64,000 bases of DNA from Vitrella brassicaformis CCMP3155 (lineage: Eukaryota > Protista > Chromerida), in assembly GCA_001179505.1 (NCBI GenBank), contig CDMY01000422.1:16075-80074 (forward strand), in the 5' to 3' direction. The notes under the pieces are model-generated. The model ran no database searches. It worked only from the letters and a program-made list of their open reading frames with translations, and had not been told where the DNA came from. The translations under genes were made by a program, and so were the position numbers. Shown here in pieces: positions 36,108-48,709 of the stretch (its first letter is position 1; each line of letters begins with the position of its first letter).

Positions 36108-39100
36108 ATGTCCCTCGCACTGGTCGTGAGGCAGACCGTCGAGATGCTGGCGATGGAAGGTGGGATCCACGGACTCCCAGTTGCGGAGCTGTGCGGCAGG
36201 CTGGACCTTCCAGAGGAGGTGCGCCGCAGGGTGAGTATCTGCTGGAGACCGCCTCGTCCGTGTTGTGATATACTGTAGGCTCAGGCGGCGCTGACCGATG
36301 CGCTCGCGGCGAGGGATGATATCGAAATCGTCGCTGAGGTGATCGGAAAATGACTTGAATCTCCCATCTGCCTCTTGATCGCCTCCTGATGTGCTATGGA
36401 CTCCTGGACGTATCCAGAGGGGCCAAATGAGGGCACGCATTCGCCCAAGCAGCTCGTCCTCACGTCAGTTACTCAACATCGGTCACACCTACCCTCTGTC
36501 CAAGCACGAGGTGCGGCTCTGCATCCTTACTGCTATTGCTAAAAGAAGGTGTGAGAAAGCGATTGCAATCCTGCCACAAAACAATAATGCGGCACTCACC
36601 GATTCTTGCAGGTGCGAGGGATATTGGCAGTTCCAGCTTTCATGGGACCTCGGCATTGATCCGCGAGACGTGTTTCATCACGTCAAGGCCTTGACGCGAG
36701 ACGGCTACCTTGTGCGCTTCGCGCTAGCCATTCCATCTTGGGCCCGCAAGCGGAAGGATGGGACGGTCATGGACCACAATGCAGGCAGCGTAGCCTCATC
36801 ATCACTCATTTGGCTCGAAACTTACTTTGACCCTCTCCATATGCCTCGTCACGTGTGGGACCTGTTGTTTGCGTCCAAGCTCCAACCTTTCACAGAGAAG
36901 ATACTGTCGATCATAAGTGCGCGACCTCAAGGCCTTATGCTCGAGAGCGACCTTGAGCTCCTGTGCCTCAGCTTTCTCAGTGAAGAGGTGTTCGGAGGAA
37001 TTAATCTCAGTGAACATCAGATTTACCAGATTAATTCCTGTTTCTCTTTTCTAGGTGTCGCCGGTGGCCAGCATGAAAAGCGCCAGAAGTCTTTACAAAC
37101 GTCTCAGGTGGCAATAATTGTCGACGAGGTGTTGGGCCCTAGATCCGTGTCTGGCTCTCGCAGGCGACGTCTGTTGCACGACGACAAAGCGAGACGCGTT
37201 AAGACTTGGTGTCCGGCAACAGAGAGGACTGAAACTTGTATTTGCGTCAATGCGAATGCAGGGTAAGGGACGACATGTATAGCGATGTTCACTGATCCGT
37301 AATGACTCATTCGTTTCGACTGGGTGCAGCACCGCTGACCAATCAGTTGAACCGTTAATAGAAATGCCAGAGGTGGCGCAGCACGGCGGTGATCTCAAAG
37401 AAGAGGATGAATCAAAGTCCACGATAAGGGGAATGAAAAAGAATGTCTGCCGCACATCTGACACCTGTGTGTGGGCTGTCTCTGAACACCAGACGAAGTG
37501 AAAGAGCGGCAACTTTTGTTGAACCATCGCCGGCGGATCAGGTGATGTTCCTTCACTCAGACACGCTGCCGCACCAGTTATTCGGTGGCATCAGATTCAT
37601 AACCTTGTTCGCTCGACGGCATGCGGCGGCATCTTCACCCCCGACATTCAGTCTACCTCAGCCATACCGAAGAAAATGGTTGAGAAAGTGCTCGTGGTAA
37701 CAGATGCTCCCCGTTGCTACCATTGTACAGACTGTGCAGTTCACTTTGCAGGAGTTAGAAGAGGCGGGACTGGTCGCGAAGGAGTACCATCGACAGCAGG
37801 GCCAACAAGGAAACGCAGCCGTGTTCCGATTTCATGCAATGGACGCCGCTCCAAGGTTTGCATCCCGAACAAAACGCCCGTTGGATTATCCAATTTTTAC
37901 GACTTCTTCACTCTCATCAGAACAAAACGCGCCCCAGCACTTTCCGGAGATGCTCACGACAGGAAAGAATCTGGCCCTGCGGCAACCATTACACACCAGC
38001 TCCAGCGGCGGCTTAGATGGTGTGTTCAATTCATCGAGCGTGAGTGCCGGAGCATGCCCGCAGCTGAGAGTGGAGATGTTAGAAGAGGAAGGGGCGTTCT
38101 GATTACTGAGCTTCAAGACGTTGTTGGGTCGATGGAAAGCAGTGGGATGCCAGACAGGTAGCTTGAGGGGAGACTCCTTCTGCAATTCAAGCGAACGCGT
38201 GTCTTGTCATGTGTAGAAAAACTGTTGTGAAAATGCTTCCATCGATCCAGAAGATTTTGCCGACGCTCAAGATCTGCCAAGTAAAGATGAACAAATCACA
38301 GGTGCGAAAAACAGCTGGGCACCTTTCCAACGGAGCAATTTGGGGATTACATTGCTGCAATAGGCGGTCCGGTACGTGTTTCTTAGCGATGAGCTCAGCC
38401 AATCGGAAGCGGATGAGAGTGCCAAGCAGACAGTAACTTATTTTTCCCGCACAAGTTACTGTGCTATCATATCACCAGAGTTCTGTGCTCTATCAGTTGG
38501 GTTTTCGCAAACAAGCAGCACAAGATGCAGCACAAAGAAGGAAAGGGAACCTACAGGGGAATCTTGCCACTGTGAGAACGTTGAACTGACGCGGAGAAAC
38601 TTGATGGCGAAAGCATTTTTTCTTCTTGCAGGGCATCGTTGGCGTGTCGCTGGCGTCTTCTGGTCCCAGAAAGAGCACCAGGCGGAAAAGGGTTCGTGTG
38701 AACAAGACTTATTTTGGCCTAAGGAAACACCAACAACAAATGCTAAATACTTAAGTAAGGCCTTTTTATTGCTCTCCGTTTTTCAGAAACAGCCTGACAA
38801 ACTCAGGTTTCAACAAAGAGTTGCTCAATATTATGGCTACGTCTCGCCTGCAATGCTACGGCTCCAGCTGTTCCACCGCGCAGTTCTCGACTTAGCACGG
38901 GAGGCCCTTTTTCTCTCTGGTAGGAAATAGAAAGAAACTCAAGCGAACTTCTCCTTGTCAACATCGCCGATCGGCAGGCTACCAAGAGCCCGCAACAATG
39001 GAGGACACTGCTTTGCGAACAGAAAACGTTTTCCGAAACATGACTCTCGACACGTTCCTTCAAGTGGTATGTGCTTCGCAAGTTGATGAATTGTGTGTGC

Positions 39101-42100
39101 AGCTGCGCACAGTGCGTGGTTGTCTAACTTTCAGCTCGGATACGGATCTCCACTGCAGTGGGTCGAGGAATATCTAGTCAGCAGCCAACCGCCCATGCGA
39201 ATGAAGGAGGTGCCTGTTTTCGAGATACGCAGTTTGTTGGACCCAGGAGGTATGGCACGATGATGTACAGATCCACATACCCTGTCTTTGCTCACGACAT
39301 TCATGCGCAGGTAGTTCGAAGCAGTCCCGAGAGAAGTACCTGTCGCGCATATCAAGACTGTTCAGTGCTCTCTGTAAGCACCGTGATTGCAGGACTTCTT
39401 TCCTTTTTTCCTCGCATTTCTTTGTCACAGGTAACCTACATCTCGTGTCTGCCAATGAAAGCGCCCAACGCGTGTCCTGGATAATTCATCGTCGTGTCTC
39501 CCTTCACCGTTTTTCGAACGATCCGCATGTACACGGGAAAGACGCGAAACATTCGTACCACGTCCATCGCGTCTGATGGTGTGTTCTTCGCAGCAACCTC
39601 AAACGGTCATCGGCTCGTTCGACCTTTGGGAGCGAACCGACTTTGGCCGCTTTTGGAGCACCTTGCAAGTCTGAGGGAACAAAATGGGGTCACAGGGCTT
39701 CAAATGGATATACCATATTGGATTATGCTTGTAGGAAGAATCTTTCCGCTGGATTTCCACGAAACAGCCTGGTGTTCTGCAGAGTGTCGGGTCCGGGTCT
39801 GTCGAAACCAAAACCGCGGAAGACGCAATGGCTGAAAGGCGGAGCGAAGCGCTGGCCAGAAAAAAGGCACGAATTTCTTCATGGTTGCAGCGCAATTATT
39901 TTCTTTTTCTGTGTCAGAGAAAGGTAGACTGTCCAGCCAACGTGAAGTTGCGTTACTTGTTTTCCAAGAAGAACTGGAAATCTCAAAAATGCCTTGATGC
40001 AAGACGACAAGTAAGACGGGGCAGAGAACTAAAATACTTCTGTTGCCTCCCCTCCGTTGCCAGGCAAAGATTGAGGGGGTGGCAAAGAGCCTTTCCGACA
40101 TGCCAGGTGGGAAGTCTAAAGGTGTCAGGTGAGTTCCTCCTCCGCGTTCCGCAGTTATTTCTGGTTTAGCCACAAGGCTCAATCTGCAGTCACAGGTAGA
40201 TCTCATAGAATTGAATCAGATAATGCCGACTGAGCTGCTTCTAGCTGTTTCATGCTTTCTTAGGCAGCGTTCCACCCTCTCGTTCGCCGGCTGAGCTTCA
40301 GGTTCGTCAACCATCCGCACAACAAAGTGGGGCCTGGCACTTTGACGAGTGCAGGAAGTACTCCAACGGATTTCCGAGGACAGCAGCTGGAGCAAAAATT
40401 TGGCAGAGACGTCAACGAAGCGGCAGGAGTAAGAGAACGACCACTGTAATGCAGCTTCTTCTATTGCAACATGTCTTGTGTCTTTGCCTGGGATGCAGCA
40501 ACCGAACAAGTCCGCGATCCTTCAACTACTGCTCAAGACTACAATGCAGAAGAACTCGGACAGCTTCAGCTCGTTAGATGGGATAAGGGAGATGAGATTC
40601 GAAGGACAAAATTCAATTCACTGCGTGGCTGTCCTTTGACTGTCGCAGACTGACCCCGAATGGGCGGATGCCCTGCACCAGTTCAAGAAAGGTAAGGTAA
40701 GAGAGCCGTTCTGCATGTTCTTGTCTCTAAGTTGTCAAAACCCCATCTCTATGCGCAGATGAGGAGAATCGGTTGCTTGCCTACGCCGTGGTGGCGGAGC
40801 GTCTGTGCAGAGCACCGGAACCGTCGAAAGCCATAGGTCTTATCGCTTCAGTATCGCAACGTTCTCGCAGCATCGCTTCCCTAGCGCATCCTACATGGCT
40901 GGTAATGAGCTACAGCCGAGAAAGACCCCTACAGCCTGTTTTCGCCGCACAGAACATGGAACTTTTTAGCGGCCACTCCAGTGAAAGATGTCGTCACGGT
41001 TTTATGATCATCGTGGCACGCACCCCGTTGGCCGGCCGTCTCTGGTCGAACTTCAGGTCATTGGTCCGTTTCGTGATCGACGAGTACAGAAGAGACTTGT
41101 TGTGTTTCCTCGCTGCAGAAAGCTGGGCATAGGCGCCTTTTGCGACTGGATTTGTCCCCCGACGATTAGTGATGTTGCCTATGAGGGATCTCTTGCGAAC
41201 GTGACAAGCATTGTGCCCAGTGGCATCTCGTTTTCGAAGGTTGTAGCGGAAGCGAAAACATCAGAGCCTGAGCTACTCATGCGTCGAGCATTTCTGCGGG
41301 TCTCGTCTCACGAACTATCCGAAGAAACAAGCGCCGTAACATACGCTTCGTGCTTGTTTGTTTCATCAGATTCACTTGTTGACTCCAGTTTATGCATACC
41401 GAAGAAGCTGGGCGTCGACAAGTGTGGAGAGGCTGCTGAACCAGGACATCGAAACCACCCTTGCCGACTGGAAGCACAAAGGCTGGGTCACAATCGCAAA
41501 GACTGCTTCAACACCTCGCGAAATGGCCGTGCAGCACTATTTCTTCGATGCAGCAGCGAGAACATACGTCTTGTCGAAGTAAATTGTCAGAATTGAAAGA
41601 ACGGAGCAGCAGTCTGATTTGGTCACGGTGCCTTGACATCAGATCGGCGCGGCTTCTCTTATTTGGCAAATGCCGAGACATCATCAACGATATGACGTTT
41701 GACAGAGTTGCCAATGGCTTCCAGTCAGTCGTCAGTCGGGTGACCAACAGTGCCCGACAACCTCTGCGTCCGGTGTGGCAGCCATCGGATGATTCGACCG
41801 TCACACTGCGTGATACCTCTACGAATGAAAGGGCGTTCATCTTGGTACTGAACAGCATCCGACTCCACCTTAGGGCAGAAGAGCCGCAGGTATGAAATCA
41901 CCGAGAATATATGGTACGAAGGACTCTTGTATTTCTTGTTTCCTGCTTTCAGCCGAGATCATTCCAACGCGGTGCAACTGACGATTTTCCCTCTGGCACT
42001 GAAGCCGGAGACAACGCGTAAGCGCGCGGCCCTGTAATACGACAATCATCACAGCTACATGTTTGTCCCTATCTGGCCTATTCTTTGACCTCAGAGACGC

Positions 42101-44043
42101 AACTGAACTTTCAAAGTTTAGAAGGCGGGTACGACAGGCACTGGGAAGCAACGATCAGCAAGGTCCTTTCTTGGCACATGTCCTCCAAGCCGAGTCCGCA
42201 GATGAAGACGAAGTTTCAAACAGCAGCCGTGAATCGGCCGGAAACACAGACGAGAGGATCTCGCTCTCAACGGGAACGACGACGACGAAAGGATTGGAGA
42301 GCTTCCTGTCCGAGACGGCAATTATTGACTTGCTTCTTGTTGACAGGCTTCAGCGCAACCTCGAGATCCGAAGAACCAGCTTTCATGGTGGGGCTAAGCA
42401 GCGGACTGATTGCCCAGACCCTTCCTTCTTTCCCGTCGTGCTGAAAGCGGCTGCCATCGGGATGGGTTTGCAGCGGGGTCCATGCATCGAGCTTTCTGAC
42501 GTCTACACGGTGTTGACAAGCGGGCTCTCTGGTGATGATGGCGTCCACATGTTTCTGGATGGAGTCAAGATATCCCAACCAGAACCCATTATTCCGTGCT
42601 ACGATGAGGAGCGCGAGAATCAGTGTTTGCTAGACTCAAAAATGGCGGCGAGTTTGGAAATTGTTTCATCATGGCCCTCTCCAGCTAGCAACAAATTGTC
42701 ACCAGACCCCAAAGCTGTTGGCGCTTTGCCCGAAAGATCTGACATCTTGTGTTTTCTTGAGGCGGCGACATCGTGGATGCTTCAACAGACAACCGCAGGC
42801 CCTCCTTTCAACTACTTGTCAACTTTCACTTATCCTCCGCGTTTCTCTCGTGGCGGCACTCTGGGTCCCGGCGAAGTCCGCTTCGACCCAACAGAGGTGC
42901 ACTCCCTTGGACGTGCTTGTATTCGGCTTCTTCAACAAATTCAAGCAGGCGGTAGTGCTGGCATTGCATGGAGGGATCTAGTCTCGCTCTGGAGCCGCCA
43001 AGCCTGTCCACCTATTAGTACAGATCCCGAGAAAAATATCGAATATGTTGAGTGGAGATGTGCGCGGAAAGATGGCTACGTTGCGCGGCCAGAACGAGTG
43101 TCTGTATGTGACGGAAGACCCTCTATCGAACTCACCATTGACTTCGAGGGAACGGCATCCAGGCCCAGCAGGGATCTGCTTTCTCTTCCTGCAGTACTTG
43201 GCGGCATTATTCCATTCCATACTGCTGACCATCAGAGGCTGCGGATTTGCGTACGTTTTTGTTTTCGAGCCTGCTTACAGTTACTGGAGACGCTTCGTCT
43301 GGTGGCCGTTTTCCCGTGTCAAGATGATTTTCGCGTGGTGGCATCCGATAGCGCTTCATCCTACTGCCTGCCGATTCGCCGGATTTTTAAGTGTTTGCAA
43401 AAACCCGCAGCGGCCACAGGTCATCAGGAACACCCTCTTCCTGCTGCTGGATCCCTCTTCAAAAATACCGGAAGTGCTCACGTGCCTGTCTCTCTTTGGC
43501 GTCGTTGGGGCTCTCCTCTTGGTTCTCAATGCTATTATCACGCCGACGAGCAACAACGGCGATCATCTTCCTTGTATTTGCAACAGCGATCTGGCGCAAT
43601 TCGCTATCTGAGCTCTCTTCTGAAAGGGACTTGCGATCTCATTACGCTCGATGACAACCTGGTGCCTGCATCAAGGTACGCGAACTATGTCTACATTTCA
43701 CTTTCCATGCCTACCTCCTTATTTCTGTCTCTCACCGCTTCCAGTTGGGTGCGGCTCGACGGGCACCTGAATGTCATCCTCGTGTACATGCTTTCGCTAC
43801 GAGTGATGCGTCTCGTTCGAGCTCTTCCAGAAAGCACTATTGATTCCGTGAGTCTATTAATGGAACGGCTGCCTTATCTGCTACTGTTTTCTCTCTCTCC
43901 TGCCTCTTCTGTTCTTTGTTTAGGTCTGTGGCCGCTTTGTGTTGCTGGACGCTTGCGAGACGAGGTTCTTGATCGAATGCTTGGTGATTGAGGGTTCACT
44001 CGAACTAGCAGATGACGGAAGTTTGATCAAGTGCACGTCTTAG
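36108..44043 (+). CDS. Probable TFIIIC B-block-binding subunit (GTF3C1/Tfc3-like), very divergent
   Basis: N-terminal VVRQTVEMLAMEG..GLPVAEL; B-block-like CILTAIAKRR.EGYWQFQLSWDLGIDPRDVFHHVKALTRDGYLVR; C-terminal SWVRLDGHLNVILVYMLSLRVMRLVRALPESTIDS. ~8 kb size fits. Confidence 0.65.
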
Positions 44044-44231
44044 AAGAGAAGTATGTCACCCATGTCTGATTTCGTACATGATTCTGCCATCGTGCTGCGT
44101 ACGATCCGAGACAGTCCCACTCCCACATTAGATACACCTCGATTATCACATTCGAATATCCATCTGATATTCCCGTGACAATCTATCTGTGTGAAACATG
44201 GCCATCACGCAAAGAGCGCCAGACTTGCATC

Positions 44232-46182
44232 TCACGTGTATATGCTCGGGTCTGAAAGAAAGTTAATCCAATTCTGTTTAATGTTCCGGTTCCCTTCCTA
44301 CCGATTGACGATGGAATCGGTCTGATCTCGGTGCCCAACTCTTGCTCGATCCTGAGGCCGTGCCAGCAGGGAATCGCAGTTCCACAGGTCGCCAGAGCAC
44401 ATATTGATCTCCACAGGGATGTACCTGTAGAGATTGAAGCGGTCTTCGAACGTGATGAGGTTGATCGCCAGGCCCAGGTGGCCATATCGCCCACTGCGCC
44501 CGATTCTGTGAAGGTACGTCTCGCTGTTCTTGGGGAAGTCGAAATTGATGACCACGTTGACACTCTGAATATCAATGCCTCGGGTGAACAAATCTGCAGT
44601 GACGGCATTATGTGGACAGTTTCCAACTACATCGCTTGTGTTGTTTTTCCCTTCACACCTGATGACACGAGGCAACGGCATGCACCGTTCCGAAAGTCAT
44701 GGAAGACCCGGTTTCGGTGGTTCTGCATCATCCTTGCGTGAATGAAGAAGCATGAGTAGCCGAGTTCGGTGATCTTCCTGGCCAGCAGCTCCACCCTCGT
44801 GACACTATTGCAGAAGATTATCGCTTGATTGATCTGAAGCTGGAAAGACGGGGAGACAAACGCCGACAGGGACGGCCGACGGGATGCGAAGCTGATGCCG
44901 ATCGTCTCAACTCACCTTGGAGAAGAGGGTATTCAAGCAGTGGACCTTCTGCCTCTCCTCCACGAAGGCGTAGAATTGCGTCACTCCCTGCAACGTCAGC
45001 TCCTCCATTAAGTTGATCTCGTGCGCATCAGGCAGATACTTGTCCTTGAACTGCTTGACTGTGACAGGGAAAGTGGCCGAGTACAGAAGGATCTGTCGTT
45101 CGCTTGGGAGAAAGCGGAAGAGCTCTTCGATCACAGGCTGGAATTCTGGGGACAGCAGCTTGTCTGCTTCGTCCATCACTAAGATGTTGCAGTTGGACAG
45201 ATCGACCACGCCCTTGTTCGCCAGGTCCAGCACCCTCCCTGGGGTGGCAACCACCACGTGAGCTCCCTGGTAGAAGCGCATGATGTCCTCTCTCAGGCTT
45301 GTGCCGCCGGTGGACACCATGCAGTCGACGTTCATGTGCTTGCCAAGCTCCTTCACCACTGCCGACGTCTGTAGCGCCAGCTCACGGGTCGGGACCAGTA
45401 TAAGTCCTGAAGCAGAACAGAACTGGCGATGTATACCGTATGTGTGAGATAAGCGCAGTCAGTTGTTCTAATACCTTGTATTGCTTTTTTCATGGTGGAC
45501 GTCTTCTCCAGAAGAGGGATGACGAAGGCGGCAGTCTTCCCAGTCCCGTTTTTCGCTCGTGCAAGAACGTTCTTGCCGGCGAGAGCAACTGGTATGCTCT
45601 CCTCCTGGATGGGACTTGGCTTCTCGTACCCCTGACATTACCCGCCGTCTCAAGAGATACCATGTGATCTCCCACCTTGTTTCCGCCCACCTTCTCAAAT
45701 ATTCCCATAAGCAGCTCGCGCTTGCTGCACATCAACACATCCAACACGTCAATGTGGTCGCAGGAACATCCGGGGCTGTTTGGCGGTTACAGGAAGTAGT
45801 CTTCGAAGTCGTTGCCTTTGGTGCCAGTAACGTCCTTAGTTTTGACGCGGTTGTCCTTCTGGGGCGGCTTGAGAGTCTCCTTCCAGTTGTCGTCGTTTGC
45901 AACCGCAGCGGCTGGGTTGGAGGCACTGCCAGACATGTTGTAGTTCGACGACGGCATGCCCTGGTATCCCCCCGCGCTGTGCTGCATGCCCATCGATGCA
46001 CCGCCATAGTTGCTACGCCCAGGTTGCACCCCAGGGCCACCGTACGCGTTGTAGCCGCCTGTCAAGAACGGGAAGAAACGTTCCACCCAGCAGGAAGACA
46101 ACCCGAAGGCGGCACGTCTGTGGCATCTTCGCTCTGTCCCTTTCTCACCTTGGTGGGTCGAGCGTGGCCTGCCGTAGTGCAT
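44232..46182 (-). CDS. DDX6: DEAD-box RNA helicase DDX6/Dhh1 (DOZI-like), multi-exon
   Basis: [15 protein letters not shown]|[75 protein letters not shown]|DPSIYT*. Confidence 0.97.
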
Positions 46183-46627
46183 CTTTCACTTCAGAGATCC
46201 TCGACAAACTGAGCAGATCTCGAATGGGGACGTTGCGAGTGTATGGAGAACCTGATGTTCCCGCTTTTCCTATCGACGCGCAACGACGACTGTATGGATC
46301 CGGGTCGACGAAAGGTTACGAGGGGAGAGGGTCCCCAATTTCGCTTAAGCGGCTTTCCGATATGAGGAAATCCAAGGAGGAAACGCCCGGTCTCAATCCC
46401 GCCCTCCCACCTCACCCGATCCCGTGAAGATCTGGCGACAGCGTATGGTGAAGGTGGGATGCAATCACCGTATCGGCGGCATGCAATCTGACAGCGTATT
46501 TGTGAAACGGCTGCTACGTGATTCACCCGGTGAGCTCGAGCTCTCGGGCGGGACTGGCAGAGTTTCTTCTTTGTCCTCACCAATGAGGAAGATGTTCAAA
46601 ATGCACGTACTTGGCCCCCCCCCTCCC

Positions 46628-46927
46628 NNNNNNNNNNNNNNNNNNNNNNNNNNNNNNNNNNNNNNNNNNNNNNNNNNNNNNNNNNNNNNNNNNNNNNNNN
46701 NNNNNNNNNNNNNNNNNNNNNNNNNNNNNNNNNNNNNNNNNNNNNNNNNNNNNNNNNNNNNNNNNNNNNNNNNNNNNNNNNNNNNNNNNNNNNNNNNNNN
46801 NNNNNNNNNNNNNNNNNNNNNNNNNNNNNNNNNNNNNNNNNNNNNNNNNNNNNNNNNNNNNNNNNNNNNNNNNNNNNNNNNNNNNNNNNNNNNNNNNNNN
46901 NNNNNNNNNNNNNNNNNNNNNNNNNNN
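46628..46927. other. Assembly gap (300 N), with a C-run on the left and (CA)n on the right
   Basis: Run of N. Confidence 1.
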
Positions 46928-47004
46928 ACACATACACACACACACACACACACAGGCACCCACACCACACGCATTCACACACACACACACAACTCACGAG
47001 ACAC

Positions 47005-47570
47005 AACATGCGCAATTTGTTTGTTCGCATCGTGGCTGAGGCAGATGTTCTCTCAATGTGGTATCTCTGCACAGTATCTCTGTACAGTCTCGGCATTACC
47101 CCGCCTGACGACAAGTTGAACCCCAACGGCCAGCGCATGGACAGCTATTGTGTGACGTCAGTGACTATTTGGTCGACGTCATTGTCGCCCGCCCCTGCCG
47201 CCCTGACAACTCCCCCATCTCCTTCGAATTCCACCGGACAGTCAATCGGCGTAGCCCACAGCTTCCAGGTGGCAAGGCGGCTCAGCTTGCGGGGAAAGAC
47301 AAGATTGACAAGTATGGACCAATCACCCAAGCAGCCGGCTTCCGCTTCGTGCCTCTCGCTGCGGAGGCATTCGGCAGATGGGGAGACAAGACAATGGATT
47401 TTCTCAAGATGCTCGCCAAGCGAAAGCCTCGCCCCACATCCATTCCCACGGAGGAGGACACATTTTCCGAGAGAGCGTCGTCAACCATTGAAGCCAGCTT
47501 CTGTCCATCGAGCTGATGAAGCACAACGCCTTCCAAGTGGCGAGTCGTGCACAGCGCGCGCCTGGTGAGG
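47005..47570 (+). mobile_element. Decayed 3' fragment of an RLE-type (CRE/R2-like) non-LTR retrotransposon
   Basis: Across frameshifts: LFASWLRQMFSQCGISA; NGQRMD...YLVDVIVARP (PD..D-like); AAQLAGKDKIDKY; FRFVPLAAEAFGRWGDKTMDFLKMLA; QLLSIELMKHNA. These are the hallmark blocks of restriction-like endonuclease domains. Confidence 0.8.
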
Positions 47571-48709
47571 GCCAGTGCGTTTTCGGAGGACTTCGTCAGC
47601 CGCGGGCCATACAAGCCACACACCAGCCCCGCTCCGGGGCTGTGAGATGGCTGGCTGGACTTGGATTTCGTGGATGTGTGTGTTGTGTTACATGTCTCGC
47701 GCTTGTTTGCAGTGTGCGACATGTTTTCGCCTCAACGAACGTTGTCCATTGTTTTGTTTGTTGTTTTTTTTTTGCATGCATTGTTCCGGTTTCCTTGCTT
47801 GATACGACTGATGCTCAGACGAACTTCGTCGCCCGTTCATGTATCTACTTAAAACAATGTACCACACAACTATATGGGCGGGCGCATAAGCGACCAGGCA
47901 AGAATTAGGAGCAAAGAAACACGCCCTGGCAGAACCATGCAGGCAAACTGAGAAAGGAGACGGGTAGAGACGGGCCATGTACGGGCCTGGCATGCAGACC
48001 AGCGGGCATCCGGAAGTCCACACCCCTTGTTGTCTCATCTCTATTTATCGTACATGTACACATTTTGTGTTAGCAAAACCCCGCCTCTATCATCACGCCC
48101 TCTCATTTAGCGACGTTATCCGCCCGAGTATGATCATGCGCAGCACCCGTCAACGACCCAAGGCTAGTACATAGGTTGATCGCGCATGGTTGGTGAAGCG
48201 TGCAACTTGTTGAGACAGAGAGGACACATGTGACTTCAGCTTGAATGTGAACAATGAATGTCAGGCTGGAGGGGAGGAGGGTTGGTTATTTTCCTGACAG
48301 CCTATCTGGGTTGGTTATTTTCCTGACACACAGGTGTCATATTGCGAAAGCCTAAGTGAGGTGGGGTTCGCGACTGAACGGCAGAAGTCTTGTCCTTGTG
48401 CTCTGCCTGTGTGCCGCGTGCAGATAATCCACGCGGAAAATCTCTTCGCTGTCTTCCTCGTGAGACACGTGTGTCTGTCAGCTTATTTGCCTGCAGCCAC
48501 CTTTGGCGAAAGCCACACTCGAATGCGTCTGATGCCCTCTGACCGAGCACTCTCGTAGCTTGCCGCCTGTCGCGAGCATCAAAATGATCCGTAGTGACCT
48601 TGAGTGAACAACGAACAACAATCGCATTTCGTGTCCTCTCCGCGACAAGAGGCTGTTCCCTTAACACACTCATAACCTTCCCCTGCGTCTCTCCCCAGGG
48701 GCGTGCATG

